Positions 47,650-58,087 are shown, counted from the first letter of the stretch. The stretch: 64,000 nt of DNA from Dechloromonas sp. (GCA_016791065.1 JAEUOD010000120.1:11214-75213); one strand, 5' to 3'. The notes: generated from the letters alone by a model not told the origin. Numbers and translations: made by a program.

Positions 47650-49002
47650 TCATTGGCCTTCCCGGGTTTTCATCCACTGCAGCAGGGCGGCTTCCGGCAT
47701 CGGCCGGGCATTGCAGTAACCTTGGGTCGCATCGACCCCGGCCGCGATGCAGGCCGCTCGCTGTTCGGTGTTCTCGACGCCTTCGGCGACCACAAGCATG
47801 CCGAGATCGTGGGCGAGCAGGGTCATCGCCTTGACGATCGCGAAGGCACGTCGATCGTCCGGCAGTACGCCGATGAAGGCACGGTCGAACTTGAGCTTGG
47901 TGGCCGGCAGATCCTTGAGGTTGGCGAGACTGGAGTAGCCGGTACCGAAGTCGTCGATGGCCAGCGCTACGCCTGCCTCGCGCGCTCCGCGCAAATTGGC
48001 CTGGACGGTGGCGGAGAGGTCCATGAAGAGCGACTCGGTAAGTTCCAGTTCGATCTGCTCTGCCGCCGTGTTGGCGCAGATCAGGGCGCCATGAAGTGCC
48101 TGCAGGAAGGTGGGCGAGGTCAGTTGGGCGCGCGAAACGTTGATTGCAACGCGGGTTGCATGGCCCTGGCGGCGTAGCGAGGCGGCGCAGTGCGCGCCCT
48201 GCAGCAGGCTCCATTCACCGAGACGGACGATGAGTCCGGTCTTTTCGGCAACCGGGATGAATTTTTCCGGCGGGATCAGCATGCCCAGGGCGTGGCAGCG
48301 CATCAACGCCTCGACTGCCTCGACCCGGCCGTCGATACCAATGATCGGTTGGTAAGCCAGTTGCAATCCACCACTTTCGAGGGCTGCATGCAGGGCGCCT
48401 TCGATCGCCAGTTCTTCGCGCGCGAGTTGAATGCCGAGTCGCCCGCTCAGCCGGCCGCACGCCGAAACGACCAGCCGGTTCCCGCCCTGGCGCTTGGCTT
48501 CGATCATCGCCCGGTCGGCTCGTTCAAGCAGGCGGGAGGCATCCTCGTCCTGTTGTAGCAGCGCGATGCCGACACTGGCCGATGGGCGGACCAGGATTTT
48601 GTCGATCGGCATCGGTAACTCGATGGCCTCGAGCAGGCGACGGGCCATCGCTTCGGCCGATGGACGATCGCAGCCGGGAACAAGCGCGACGAATTCGTCG
48701 CTGCCCATGCGCAGCAAGTCGCAGCCGGGATGTGCGCTGTCGCGAATGCGTTCCGCGATACGGACGATCACGCTGTCGCCACCCGGGTGGCCGAAGGAGT
48801 CGTTGATCTGGCGAAAACGGTCGATATCGAGCCAGAGTGCCGCCAGTGGCGCATGCCGAGCACTGGCATCGGCTACCGCGCGTTGTGCCGCCAGCAGCCC
48901 GGCGTCGCGGTTCAGGAAGCCGGTGATCGGGTCGCGCTGGCCATCTGCGTCCGACGGCGAGCCAGCATCGGATAGGCGGGGTGATCGGGGGCGGTCGGTC
49001 AT
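47650..49002 (-). CDS. GGDEF(GSDEF variant)-EAL protein without sensor domain
   Basis: [42 protein letters not shown]. Confidence 0.9.
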   Translation of the reverse strand: MTDRPRSPRLSDAGSPSDADGQRDPITGFLNRDAGLLAAQRAVADASARHAPLAALWLDIDRFRQINDSFGHPGGDSVIVRIAERIRDSAHPGCDLLRMGSDEFVALVPGCDRPSAEAMARRLLEAIELPMPIDKILVRPSASVGIALLQQDEDASRLLERADRAMIEAKRQGGNRLVVSACGRLSGRLGIQLAREELAIEGALHAALESGGLQLAYQPIIGIDGRVEAVEALMRCHALGMLIPPEKFIPVAEKTGLIVRLGEWSLLQGAHCAASLRRQGHATRVAINVSRAQLTSPTFLQALHGALICANTAAEQIELELTESLFMDLSATVQANLRGAREAGVALAIDDFGTGYSSLANLKDLPATKLKFDRAFIGVLPDDRRAFAIVKAMTLLAHDLGMLVVAEGVENTEQRAACIAAGVDATQGYCNARPMPEAALLQWMKTREGQ

Positions 49003-49147
49003 GCATCTCCTTCCGTGGGTTTGCGCTCCGGGCCGACGGGCTCGGCTGCTTCATGGCGCCAGCATAGAGTTTCGCCTGCCACCTGGCTTGACCCAACGCG
49101 CCTTTCGCATGACTATTCACGTCACAGTGTTAACGGGCGTGGAAAGG

Positions 49148-50173
49148 ATGGCTCGCATGCAAAAACCGGAAAGCACCCTGGCCACAGTCTGGCTCATCGT
49201 CCTGCGCCTGGCCGAAACGCAGGGTCTTGACCCGGAGATTTTCATGCGGGAGATCGGACTTTCCCGGGCGGTCCTGAGCGATGTCCGGGCACGCCTGCCC
49301 AGTCGGCTGACCGATATTGCCTTCGCGTATCTGGCCGAGCGCATTTCCGATCCGGCATTCGCCTTGCGTGCAGCCCGCTGCTGGCACCCTTCGAATCTCG
49401 GCACCATGGGCTACGCCTGGCTTTCCAGCCGCACGCTGCACACTGGGTTGAAACGCATCGAACGCTTTTCGCGCATTCTCGGCAGTCGTTTCAGTTATCA
49501 GTGCCAGCAGGAAGAGGCCGGGCTGCGTCTGATTTTCGACCACGGACGAGGGGACGCCGAGATCGGACATACCTTGTCCGATTTTTCCATGGCCATCCTT
49601 TTCGACATGTGCCGGACCAATGCCGGCCGTCAACTCGCAGCCAAGGCAGTCGAGCTACGCCGTCAATCTCCCGCTGACCCATCGCCTTGGGCGGATTTCT
49701 ACGCTTGCGAAATCGCGTTTGGCAGCGTTCGCGACAGCATCCTGCTCGATGCCGGCATCGCCAACGCGCCCTTGCCGACGGCCAACATTCCTCTCGCCAA
49801 CACCTTCGATGCCATCCTTACAGAGCAGCTGGCCGCCTTTTTCGACGATGACATCGTCAGTCGCTGCAAGGCATGCCTGCTGCGCCAGCTGACGTCGGGT
49901 GAGCCTGCCGCGCAGGCGGTAGCGCGCGAGCTCGGCATGAGCCAGCGCAGCCTGCAGCGCCGACTCGGCGAGTTGCACCTGACCTATCAGGGTGTGCTCG
50001 ATGAAACCCGTCACGAACTGGCGCGCCGCTACCTCGATGATGCCGCGAAGTCGATTACCGAAATCACCTTCCTGCTCGGTTTTTCAGAGCAGAGCGCCTT
50101 CACGCGCGCCTTCCGGCGCTGGAGCGGCATGTCGCCGAGCGGGTATCGCGGCGTGGCGCCTGCCCCGGTCTAG
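49148..50173 (+). CDS. AraC-family transcriptional regulator (start 49148 or 49157)
   Basis: MSQRSLQRRL, EITFLLGFSEQSAFTRAFRRW.GMSP..YR. Confidence 0.92.
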   Translation: MARMQKPESTLATVWLIVLRLAETQGLDPEIFMREIGLSRAVLSDVRARLPSRLTDIAFAYLAERISDPAFALRAARCWHPSNLGTMGYAWLSSRTLHTGLKRIERFSRILGSRFSYQCQQEEAGLRLIFDHGRGDAEIGHTLSDFSMAILFDMCRTNAGRQLAAKAVELRRQSPADPSPWADFYACEIAFGSVRDSILLDAGIANAPLPTANIPLANTFDAILTEQLAAFFDDDIVSRCKACLLRQLTSGEPAAQAVARELGMSQRSLQRRLGELHLTYQGVLDETRHELARRYLDDAAKSITEITFLLGFSEQSAFTRAFRRWSGMSPSGYRGVAPAPV

Positions 50174-50314
50174 ATCTCTTCGGACCGGTGAGCCATTCAT
50201 GCCATCAGCGATTTTGCTGCCGTGCTGGGGCTCATGACGGCCTAGCGCGGTAACGAAAAAATCCCTCTGTCGATGCCGATTGTTTTTTTCTCTTGCATGC
50301 TCGTGCCCGGGAAA

Positions 50315-50323
50315 TGCTAGAAT
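50315..50323 (+). promoter_or_regulatory. Extended -10 promoter of the cob operon leader
   Basis: TGcTAGAAT ending 7 nt before the riboswitch P1 strand. Confidence 0.5.
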
Positions 50324-50329
50324 TCGCCC

Positions 50330-50511
50330 GCTTTTTGGTATTCAGTTTGCATTGTGAGCTGAATTTAAACGGGAAGCCGGTGCCCTACTGCATGTAGCTA
50401 ATCCGGCGCAGCCCCCGCTGCTGTAAGCCTGACGACTCTGCTTTTGCCACTGTGTTCGCATGGGAAGGCGCAGAGAAGGATGATGGTAAGCCAGAAGACC
50501 GACCCAAAAGC
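50330..50511 (+). ncRNA. Cobalamin riboswitch
   Basis: AAACGGGAAGCCGGTG, AATCCGGCGCAGCCCCCGCTGCTGTAA, GCCACTG, GGGAAGG, B12 box AAGCCAGAAGACC; downstream TCCTCCC (50602-50608) is complementary to the cbiM RBS GGGAGGA (50628-50634). Confidence 0.95.
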
Positions 50512-50638
50512 CAGGTAGTGCCATTCTCCGGGGTGATGGGAACGGTTCTGAGATGCGATGCATGGGCTTGCGCGCCGTGCACTTTCTCCGATTCGTGCTG
50601 ATCCTCCCGGTGATTTTGATCGCTTCGGGGAGGAAGTC

Positions 50639-51316
50639 GTGCATATCATGGAAGGCTTTTTGCCAGTCGAACATGCCATTGGCTGGTCGTTGGCGTCGTT
50701 ACCCTTTGTTGCCTGGGGCCTGCGCTCCGTGCGCCGCCGCCTGCGTGAGCAGCCGGAACAGCGCATGCTGCTCGGCGTTGCCGCTGCTTTTTCCTTCGTT
50801 CTCTCCGCCCTCAAGCTGCCGTCGCTGACGGGCAGTTCTTCGCATCCGACCGGTGTCGGTCTCGGGGCGCTGCTTTTCGGGCCACTGGCGATGGTGCCGG
50901 TCGGCTTCGTCGTCCTGCTTTTCCAGGCGCTGCTGCTGGCCCATGGTGGCTTGAGTACTCTGGGGGCCAACCTGTTTTCGATGGCCGTCGTCGGGCCCTT
51001 CGTGGCGGCGGGGCTTTTTCGCTTGGGCCGGCGCTGCGGCTTGCCGCTGGCCGGCTGCGTTTTCATCGCTGCTGCTCTGGGCGATCTCGCCACCTATTTG
51101 ACCACCTCGATCCAGCTAGCCTGGGCCTTTCCCGATCCGGCTGGCGGTTTCATCGCCTCGCTGGCCAAATTCGGCGGCATCTTCGCCATCACCCAGATTC
51201 CGCTGGCGATCAGCGAAGGCCTGCTCACCGTGCTGGTGGTCAACACCCTGGCCCGCTTCAACCCCGAAGAACTGAAAGGCTTGGCGCTCTTTGCCCGGCG
51301 GGGGGCACGGGTATGA
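50639..51316 (+). CDS. cbiM: Cobalt ECF transporter substrate component CbiM
   Basis: GTG start gives MHIMEGFLP; [27 protein letters not shown]. Confidence 0.95.
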   Translation: MHIMEGFLPVEHAIGWSLASLPFVAWGLRSVRRRLREQPEQRMLLGVAAAFSFVLSALKLPSLTGSSSHPTGVGLGALLFGPLAMVPVGFVVLLFQALLLAHGGLSTLGANLFSMAVVGPFVAAGLFRLGRRCGLPLAGCVFIAAALGDLATYLTTSIQLAWAFPDPAGGFIASLAKFGGIFAITQIPLAISEGLLTVLVVNTLARFNPEELKGLALFARRGARV

Positions 51317-51663
51317 AAAAGCAGAACTGGTTGATTCTGCTCGCCGTCGTGCTGTTGACCGTGCTGCCCTTATGGCTGGTGCCGCAGCTCGGTATCGGTG
51401 TCGTCAGCGGCCCTGACGGCCAGGCATCCGAGCTTTTCCGGGGGGCGGACGACAAAGCACAGCGGGCCATCGGCGAAATCGCCCCGGACTACAAGCCCTG
51501 GTTTGCCCCCTTGCTCGCGCCGGCCAGTGCTGAAGTCGCCTCCCTGCTTTTCGCCTTGCAAGCGGCCTTCGGCGCCGGTGTCATCGGTTACTGGCTGGGT
51601 TGCGCGGTTACCCGCGACAAGCTGCGTCGGGAAAGTCAGGACAAGGAAGCGCATGCTGATTGA
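51313..51663 (+). CDS. cbiN: Cobalt transport protein CbiN
   Basis: [30 protein letters not shown]. Confidence 0.92.
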   Translation: MKKQNWLILLAVVLLTVLPLWLVPQLGIGVVSGPDGQASELFRGADDKAQRAIGEIAPDYKPWFAPLLAPASAEVASLLFALQAAFGAGVIGYWLGCAVTRDKLRRESQDKEAHAD

Positions 51664-52384
51664 ACAGGCTGCCTACGGTAACCGCTGGCGGCAGGTTTGC
51701 CCGCAAGCCAAGGCCTGCTTTGCACTGGCCGGTCTGGTCGCCGCCTTCGTGGCCGTTTCGCCGGGCGCCGCGCTGCGGGTGGCCGTCCTGTCGTGCATGG
51801 TGAGCTGCCTCGGGGCAGGTGTGCCGGGCGGGCTTTACCTGCGCCTCGCAGCACCGGCCTCCGGCTTCCTGGCCTTGTCGTGCCTGAGCCTGTCGGTCGC
51901 TGTCGACAGCGACTTCACCTGGCGTTGGGCGCCCGACGCCTTGCCGGAAATGGCCGCGCTGGCCGGCCGTTCGCTGGCGGCGCTGGCCGCCTTGCTGGGC
52001 CTGGTGCTGACCACGCCGCTGACGGATCTGATCGGCCTGCTGCGCCGCCTGCGTTGCCCGGAAGTACTGCTGGACCTGATGGTGCTCTGCTACCGCATGC
52101 TCTTCGTCTTCTCGCAGGCGGTGCACGATACGCGGACCGCCCAGCAGGCGCGGCTCGGCGACGTGACGACGCGGCATGGCCTGCGCTCCCTCGGCCGGCT
52201 CGCCGCCCATCTGGCCGTCCAGGTCTGGCAACGGGGGCATGCCCTGCACCTGGCCGCGCTGGCACGCAATGGCGATGGTGCGTTGCGCTTCCTGGCGCCG
52301 GATTTCGCCCATGCCGGTCGAGATACGGCAGTGGCTGCGCTGGCCGGTTGCCTGCTGATTGCGCTGGCGAGGTGGACGGTCTGA
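51653..52384 (+). CDS. cbiQ: Cobalt ECF transporter T component CbiQ
   Basis: IEQAAY.NRW, LTTP..D, YRMLF, AQ.ARLG, AL.AR. Confidence 0.9.
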   Translation: MLIEQAAYGNRWRQVCPQAKACFALAGLVAAFVAVSPGAALRVAVLSCMVSCLGAGVPGGLYLRLAAPASGFLALSCLSLSVAVDSDFTWRWAPDALPEMAALAGRSLAALAALLGLVLTTPLTDLIGLLRRLRCPEVLLDLMVLCYRMLFVFSQAVHDTRTAQQARLGDVTTRHGLRSLGRLAAHLAVQVWQRGHALHLAALARNGDGALRFLAPDFAHAGRDTAVAALAGCLLIALARWTV

Positions 52385-53214
52385 TGCTGCTTGAAGCCAT
52401 CGCGCTGAGCCATCGTTATGCCGATGGCAGTATGGGTCTGGACGGCTGTTCGCTGGCCATTGGCCGGGGTAGCCGCAATGCGCTGCTTGGGGCCAACGGC
52501 TCGGGCAAGACGACCTTGCTGCAGCATTTCAACGGCCTGTTGCGGCCCAGCAGCGGCAGTCTGCGCTTTGCCGGCGCCCTGCTCGATAGCAGTCGGGCGG
52601 GCCTGAGCGCCTTGCGGCGTCGGGTCGGGCTGGTTTTCCAGAACCCGGATCGCCAACTCTTTTCGGCCAGCGTCATCGAGGATGTCTCGTTCGGGCCGCT
52701 CAATCTCGGACTGGACGAGGCGACGGTGCGCCGTCGCGTGGCCGAAGCGCTGGCCGCGGTCGGCATGACCGAACAGGCCGGGCGGCCGGTCCATCACTTG
52801 AGCTTCGGCCAGAAGAAGCGGGTCTGCATTGCCGGCGTACTGGCCATGCAGCCCGAGGTTTTACTGCTCGACGAACCGATGGCCGGCCTCGATGCGGCGA
52901 TGCAGTCCGACCTGCTGGCCGTGCTCGACCGGTTGGCCAAGCAGGGCATCACCATCGTCCTGTCGACCCACGACGTCGATTTCGCCTATCGCTGGGCCGA
53001 CGACATTCACCTGCTGGCCGCCGGGCGGTGCATCGCCTCGTTTCCGGCGAGCGAACTGCCGCAGCAAGCGGCTGCCTTGCATCAAGCGGGGCAAACGCTG
53101 CCCAGCGTCGTCGCATTGCACCGCGCGCTGGCTGCACGCGGCATCGTCGGGGCGACGGTGCCGCGCAGCCTCGAGACCTTGCTGGCCACCCTTTCCCTAG
53201 AGGAGTCCCGATGA
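52384..53214 (+). CDS. cbiO: Cobalt ECF transporter ATPase CbiO
   Basis: GANGSGKTT, VFQNPD.QLF, LSFGQKKRV, LDEP. Confidence 0.92.
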   Translation: MLLEAIALSHRYADGSMGLDGCSLAIGRGSRNALLGANGSGKTTLLQHFNGLLRPSSGSLRFAGALLDSSRAGLSALRRRVGLVFQNPDRQLFSASVIEDVSFGPLNLGLDEATVRRRVAEALAAVGMTEQAGRPVHHLSFGQKKRVCIAGVLAMQPEVLLLDEPMAGLDAAMQSDLLAVLDRLAKQGITIVLSTHDVDFAYRWADDIHLLAAGRCIASFPASELPQQAAALHQAGQTLPSVVALHRALAARGIVGATVPRSLETLLATLSLEESR

Positions 53215-53258
53215 AAATTGCCCGATTGTTGCAGTCGACCGCAGGAGCACACCGATGA
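53211..53258 (+). other. 15-codon minigene (MKIARLLQSTAGAHR) bridging cbiO and cobM
   Basis: GAGGAG RBS, ATGA overlap with the cbiO stop, and its own TGA overlaps the cobM ATG. Confidence 0.45.
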
Positions 53259-54064
53259 GCGGAAAAATCTGGTTTGTCGGCGCCGGCCCCGGCGATCCCG
53301 ACCTGATCACCGTCAAGGGCCGCAAGCTGCTCGAACAGTCTGGCGCCGTGCTCTTTGCCGGCTCGCTGGTCGACCAGGCGGCGACGCTGTATGCGCCGAC
53401 GGACTGCGACATCCGCGATTCAAAGGAGATGACCCTGGAGGAAATGACCGACTGGCTGATCGCCGCTGCGCGCCAGCATCAAACCGTGGTTCGCCTGCAG
53501 ACTGGCGACCCCGGTCTCTACGGTGCCCTGGTCGAGATGACGCAGCCGCTCACCGCTGCCGCCATCGAATGGGCCGTGGTGCCGGGCGTTTCCTCGGCGA
53601 TGGCGTCAATGGCCGCAGCCGGAGAGACCCTGACCCTGCCGGAAGTGACGCAGACCGTGATCCTCACCCGCGTCGCCGGGCGCACGCCCATGCCGCCGGG
53701 CGAGGAACTCGAAGCCCTGGCCGCGCACAAGACCACGCTCTGCATCTACCTGTCGATCACCCTGCTGCACAAGGTCCAGGAGGCGCTCCTGGCGGCCGGC
53801 TGGCCCGAGGATGCGCCGATCCTGGTGGTGCAGAAGGCGAGTTGGCCGGGCGAGGAAAAGATCGTGCGCGGCACGCTCAAGGACATCAAGCGCAAATGCC
53901 AGGACGAGAAGATCGCCAGCCAGGCAATGATTGTCGCCAGCCCAACGCTGGGAGCCGCCGACTGGCCGGACCTGATCCGCTCAAAACTTTACGACCCCGC
54001 CTTCGCTCATCGTTTCCGCAAAGCGACCGCCAACCCAGTCATTTCCCCGGAGTGCCCATCATGA
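53255..54064 (+). CDS. cobM: Precorrin-4 C11-methyltransferase (CbiF/CobM)
   Basis: VGAGPGDPDLIT, AGSLV, RLQTGDP.LYG, ASWP, SKLYDP.F.H.FR. Confidence 0.95.
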   Translation: MSGKIWFVGAGPGDPDLITVKGRKLLEQSGAVLFAGSLVDQAATLYAPTDCDIRDSKEMTLEEMTDWLIAAARQHQTVVRLQTGDPGLYGALVEMTQPLTAAAIEWAVVPGVSSAMASMAAAGETLTLPEVTQTVILTRVAGRTPMPPGEELEALAAHKTTLCIYLSITLLHKVQEALLAAGWPEDAPILVVQKASWPGEEKIVRGTLKDIKRKCQDEKIASQAMIVASPTLGAADWPDLIRSKLYDPAFAHRFRKATANPVISPECPS

Positions 54065-54972
54065 ATACCGATACCACCATTCTCCTGGTCGCCCACGGTT
54101 CACGTGGCCGCGACGGCAACCAGGAATCGATCAATTTCGCCACTCAGTGGCGCCAGCGCCATCCCGACTGGCGGATCGAGGTCTGCTTCATCGAGCATGC
54201 CGACGTGCTGCTGGCGGAAGGCCTCGATCGTGCCGCGAAAGCGGCACGGACGGTCGTTGCCATTCCCCTCATCCTCAACGCCGCCGGCCACGTCAAGATG
54301 GAATTGCCGGCTGCCGTCGAAGCGGCACGGGCGCGTCACCCCGCGGTCAACTTCGTCATCACCCGTCATCTCGGCATGGGGCGCGAGATTTTCGCCGTCC
54401 TGCAAGCGCAGCTCGACCGCCAAATGAAGCAACTTGCCGTACCGGACCCGCAGACCACCGGTGTCGTCCTGCTCGGGCGCGGTTCCTCGGACCTCGGTGC
54501 CAATGGCGAGCTGGCCAAGATGGCGCGCTGGCTCTACGAAGAAAACGAGCACGAACTGGTCGACCTCGCCTTTACCGGCGTCACCTGGCCGCGGCTGGAA
54601 ACGGTCGTCCAGCGCCAAGCGCGCCTAGGCATGATGCAGATCGCCATCATCCCGGTCTATCTGTTCACCGGCGTCCTGATCGAGCGCATCGGCGAGCAGG
54701 TTGCCCGCCTGCGCCAGCAGTATCCCCGGATCGCCTTCGGCCTGGGTGGCCATTTCGGTTTCGACGATGGTGTTTTCCGGCTGCTCGATGCCCGCGTTGC
54801 GACTGATGCCCTGGACGGCGACATGCTCGAATGCGACGGCTGCAAATACCGCGAACTGGCGGAGGGTGAGCATTTGCACGACCACAGCCATACCGCCATC
54901 GGTTGCGCCCAGCACGGACATGACCATGCTCATGCACACGAACATCACGGTTGCGCCCACAGCCACGCCTGA
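54061..54972 (+). CDS. cbiX: Sirohydrochlorin cobaltochelatase, long CbiX with CxxC and His-rich tail
   Basis: AHGSR, AAGHVK, GRGSSD, YLFTG, MLECDGCKYR, His-rich C-terminus. Confidence 0.9.
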   Translation: MNTDTTILLVAHGSRGRDGNQESINFATQWRQRHPDWRIEVCFIEHADVLLAEGLDRAAKAARTVVAIPLILNAAGHVKMELPAAVEAARARHPAVNFVITRHLGMGREIFAVLQAQLDRQMKQLAVPDPQTTGVVLLGRGSSDLGANGELAKMARWLYEENEHELVDLAFTGVTWPRLETVVQRQARLGMMQIAIIPVYLFTGVLIERIGEQVARLRQQYPRIAFGLGGHFGFDDGVFRLLDARVATDALDGDMLECDGCKYRELAEGEHLHDHSHTAIGCAQHGHDHAHAHEHHGCAHSHA

Positions 54973-54987
54973 TCCGGGAAAAACGTC

Positions 54988-55659
54988 ATGACCAACACCA
55001 TTACCGAACAACTGACCGCCGCCGGTCGCGCCATCGAACACGACTCCTTCGCCGTCATCGATGCCGAAGCCGGTCCGCATGATTACACCGACGAGCAGTG
55101 GCCGCTGGTGCGCCGGATGATCCATGCCAACGCCGATTTCGAATTCAACGGCCTAACTGCCTTCCACCCGGAGGCCATGCAGGCCGGCATGAGGGCGGTG
55201 CTGAAGGGGGGCACGCCGATCGTTGCCGATGTCGAAATGATCTGTGTCGGCCTCTCGAAACCGCGCCTCAAGCATTTTGGCCTGAGCACCCACCAGTACA
55301 TTTCCGACGAAGACGTGATCGACGCTGCCAGAGCCGAAGACACGACGCGTGCCGTGCAGGCCATGCGCAAGGCGCACCGCCTCGGCACTCTCGACGGCGC
55401 CATCGTCGGCATCGGCAACGCACCGACTGCGCTGATCGAACTGGTCCGCCTGATTCGCGAGGAAGGCGTGCGCCCGGCGCTGGTTGTCGCCATGCCGGTC
55501 GGCTTCGTTTCCGCTGCCGAGTCGAAGGATCTGATGATGACGGTGAGCGAAGTTCCGTGGGTCGCCATCCGGGGCCGCAAGGGCGGCTCGACGCTGGTCG
55601 TCGCCGCCATCCACGCCATGTTGTCGCTGGCTGAAGCCGAACAGAAAAAGGCCGCATGA
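54988..55659 (+). CDS. cobH: Precorrin-8X methylmutase (CbiC/CobH)
   Basis: RRMIHA.ADF, TTRA, IGNAPTAL, PVGFV.A.ESK, GRKGGS. Confidence 0.95.
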   Translation: MTNTITEQLTAAGRAIEHDSFAVIDAEAGPHDYTDEQWPLVRRMIHANADFEFNGLTAFHPEAMQAGMRAVLKGGTPIVADVEMICVGLSKPRLKHFGLSTHQYISDEDVIDAARAEDTTRAVQAMRKAHRLGTLDGAIVGIGNAPTALIELVRLIREEGVRPALVVAMPVGFVSAAESKDLMMTVSEVPWVAIRGRKGGSTLVVAAIHAMLSLAEAEQKKAA

Positions 55660-56810
55660 GCACAGCAGAAAAACCGGCCAAGGTCCGCAAGGGCGACGCC
55701 CGGCGCGCGCGCGGCAACCGCACCGGCTTCACCACCGGCGCCTGTTCGGCGGCGGCGGCGCGCGCCGCGACCCTCGGCCTGCTTCTGAGCGAAGTGCCGG
55801 ACGCTGTCGTCAGCCGCCTGCCCAACGGTCAAGAGCAATCCTTCGCCGTCATTGACGGCAGCGTCGAGGAAAGCGCCGGCCTGGCCCATGCGGTGATCGT
55901 CAAGGACGCCGGCGACGATCCGGACGCGACGCACGGTGCCCACATGACGGCCGATGTGCGTCTCCTCAAGCATCGGGCCGGCGAGATCGTGCTCAAGGGC
56001 GGGATTGGGGTCGGCGTCGTGACCAAGGACGGCTTGGGCCTGGAGGTCGGCGGCCCGGCCATCAACCCGGTACCGCGTCGCAACATCATCGACAACGTAC
56101 GTGCCGTGGCCGGCGAACTGCTCGAACACGATGGCCTGGAAATCACCATTTCCGTGCCCGGCGGCGACGAGATGGCCAGGAAGACCCTGAATGCCCGCCT
56201 CGGTATCCTCGGCGGCATCTCCATTCTCGGTACCACCGGCATTGTCCGCCCCTATTCGACGGCAGCCTTCCGCGCCAGCGTCGTGCAGGCGGTGGACGTG
56301 GCAGCCCGCCAGGGGCAGACCAGCGTGGTGTTCACCACCGGTGGCCGGACCGAGAAATTTGCCATGCGGCAGTTGCCGGCACTGGACGAGTCCTGTTTCG
56401 TGCAGATGGGTGATTTCGTCAAGGCGGCCTTCACCAGCGCGATCAAGCGCCAGATGCCGGAGGTCTATGTCGGAGCGATGGTCGGCAAGCTGACCAAGAT
56501 GTGCCAGGGCTTGTCGGTAACGCATGCCTGGAAGGCCGAAATCGACCGCGACATCCTGGCCGAATCGGCGCAGGAAGTCGGTGCGCCGGCCGACCTGGTC
56601 GACGAAATTCGTGCTGCGGAAACGGCGCGCTTTGCCGCCGAACGGTTGGCGGTGCTTGGCCTGGCAGAAGCCTTCCATCGCCAGTTGGCGAAAAAAGCCA
56701 TTCGCAGCCTGAAGGGCCAATACCCCGGTGACTACCACCTCGCCGTACTGGTCTGCGATTTCGAGGGGCAGTACATCTGCCGGGTGGACGAAGCGGAGGC
56801 ACTGGCATGA
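55656..56810 (+). CDS. cbiD: Cobalt-precorrin-5B C1-methyltransferase CbiD
   Basis: GFTTGACSAAAA, KDAGDDPD.THG, PAINPVPR, LGILGGISILGTTG. Confidence 0.96.
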   Translation: MSTAEKPAKVRKGDARRARGNRTGFTTGACSAAAARAATLGLLLSEVPDAVVSRLPNGQEQSFAVIDGSVEESAGLAHAVIVKDAGDDPDATHGAHMTADVRLLKHRAGEIVLKGGIGVGVVTKDGLGLEVGGPAINPVPRRNIIDNVRAVAGELLEHDGLEITISVPGGDEMARKTLNARLGILGGISILGTTGIVRPYSTAAFRASVVQAVDVAARQGQTSVVFTTGGRTEKFAMRQLPALDESCFVQMGDFVKAAFTSAIKRQMPEVYVGAMVGKLTKMCQGLSVTHAWKAEIDRDILAESAQEVGAPADLVDEIRAAETARFAAERLAVLGLAEAFHRQLAKKAIRSLKGQYPGDYHLAVLVCDFEGQYICRVDEAEALA

Positions 56811-58087
56811 GCGTCAGCATTATCGGTATCCTCGACGACGGCTGGGCCGGGCTCGCCGATACGGCTCGCCAGGCCTTGCAGCAGGCGGGCCTGGTCATCG
56901 GCGTCGGACGTACCCTGGAATTGGTCCGTCCATACGTGGCGCAGGCCGAGCTGCGCGACATGGATGGCGCGCTGACCCGTAGCCCGGCGTGGATCAAGTC
57001 GGCACGCGCCGCCGGCCAGTCGGTCGCCGTGCTGGCCACCGGCGACCCGTTGTGCCACGGCATAGCCAGCTATCTGCTCGGCCAGTTGGGGGCGGACGGC
57101 GTGCGTATCCTGCCGGCCCCGTCGACCTTGCAGATTGCCTTCGCCCGCTGGCGGAAACCGTGGCAGGACGTCGTGCTGGCCTCCTGCCACAGTGCGGATG
57201 CCGGCGAATGGATGCCGGGCGCGACGCCGGCCCATGGCCTCTATCCGCTGATGCGGGCGATTGCCCTGAACCGGCGCGTCTTTGCCTTCACCAGCCCGGA
57301 AAACAACCCGGCCCGCCTGGCTCGTGCGCTGCTGTGCGCGGGTTATGGCGACGATAGCCGGCTCTCGGTGGCCTGCCGGCTGCTGCTTGGCGATGAAGCG
57401 ATCTTCTCCGGGCTATCGCCGGCCGAGGCAGCCGGAATGCATTTTCCCGAGCCGAGCGTCGTGCTGGTCGAACGCAGCGATACGGCGAACCTGCCCGGCT
57501 TCGGCCTGGAGGACTTCGAATATATCCAGCGCACCCCGGAAAAGGGCCTGATCACCAAGCAGGAAGCACGCGCCCTTTCACTTGCCAAGCTCCGCCTGCG
57601 GCCCGATGCCGTGGTCTGGGACATCGGCGCCGGGTCCGGTTCGGTCGGTCTCGAAGCCGCCCGCCTGGCAGCGCACGGCCATGTCTGGGCGATCGAGAAG
57701 AACCCCGGCGATGCCGCCAATGCCCGGGCCAACGCGGCCAGGTTCCGTATCGGCAACTACACGCTGCTGGAAGGCAAGGCACCGGCCGGACTCGACGCCT
57801 GGCCGGACCCGGATGCCGTGTTCATCGGCGGCTCAGGCGGCGAACTGGCCGAGCTGATCCGGCTGATCATCAGCCGCCTGAAGCCGGGCGGCCGCCTGGT
57901 GATGAACTTTGTGACGCTGGAAAACCTTGCCACAGCGACGACGACGCTCAAGGACATCGGCGCTGGCTGGGATGTCGTCCAACTGCAGGCTAGCCGCAGC
58001 CAGCCCATTCTCGACATGCACCGCATGGCGGCACAAAACCCGGTGTGGGTGGTGACCGCCTGGCATCAAGACAAGGAACCCGAATGA
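56807..58087 (+). CDS. cbiE: Precorrin-6Y C5,15-methyltransferase (CbiET/CobL)
   Basis: LATGDPL..GI, ITK.E.R, WDIGAGSGSV, DAVFIGGSGG. Confidence 0.93.
   Translation: MSVSIIGILDDGWAGLADTARQALQQAGLVIGVGRTLELVRPYVAQAELRDMDGALTRSPAWIKSARAAGQSVAVLATGDPLCHGIASYLLGQLGADGVRILPAPSTLQIAFARWRKPWQDVVLASCHSADAGEWMPGATPAHGLYPLMRAIALNRRVFAFTSPENNPARLARALLCAGYGDDSRLSVACRLLLGDEAIFSGLSPAEAAGMHFPEPSVVLVERSDTANLPGFGLEDFEYIQRTPEKGLITKQEARALSLAKLRLRPDAVVWDIGAGSGSVGLEAARLAAHGHVWAIEKNPGDAANARANAARFRIGNYTLLEGKAPAGLDAWPDPDAVFIGGSGGELAELIRLIISRLKPGGRLVMNFVTLENLATATTTLKDIGAGWDVVQLQASRSQPILDMHRMAAQNPVWVVTAWHQDKEPE

Noticed and set aside
48431-49147. Long N-terminal extension of the AraC ORF
   Set aside because: Overlaps the GGDEF-EAL gene on the opposite strand; AraC homology begins near 49148
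54868-54969. His-rich low-complexity repeat
   Set aside because: Known feature of long-form CbiX chelatases
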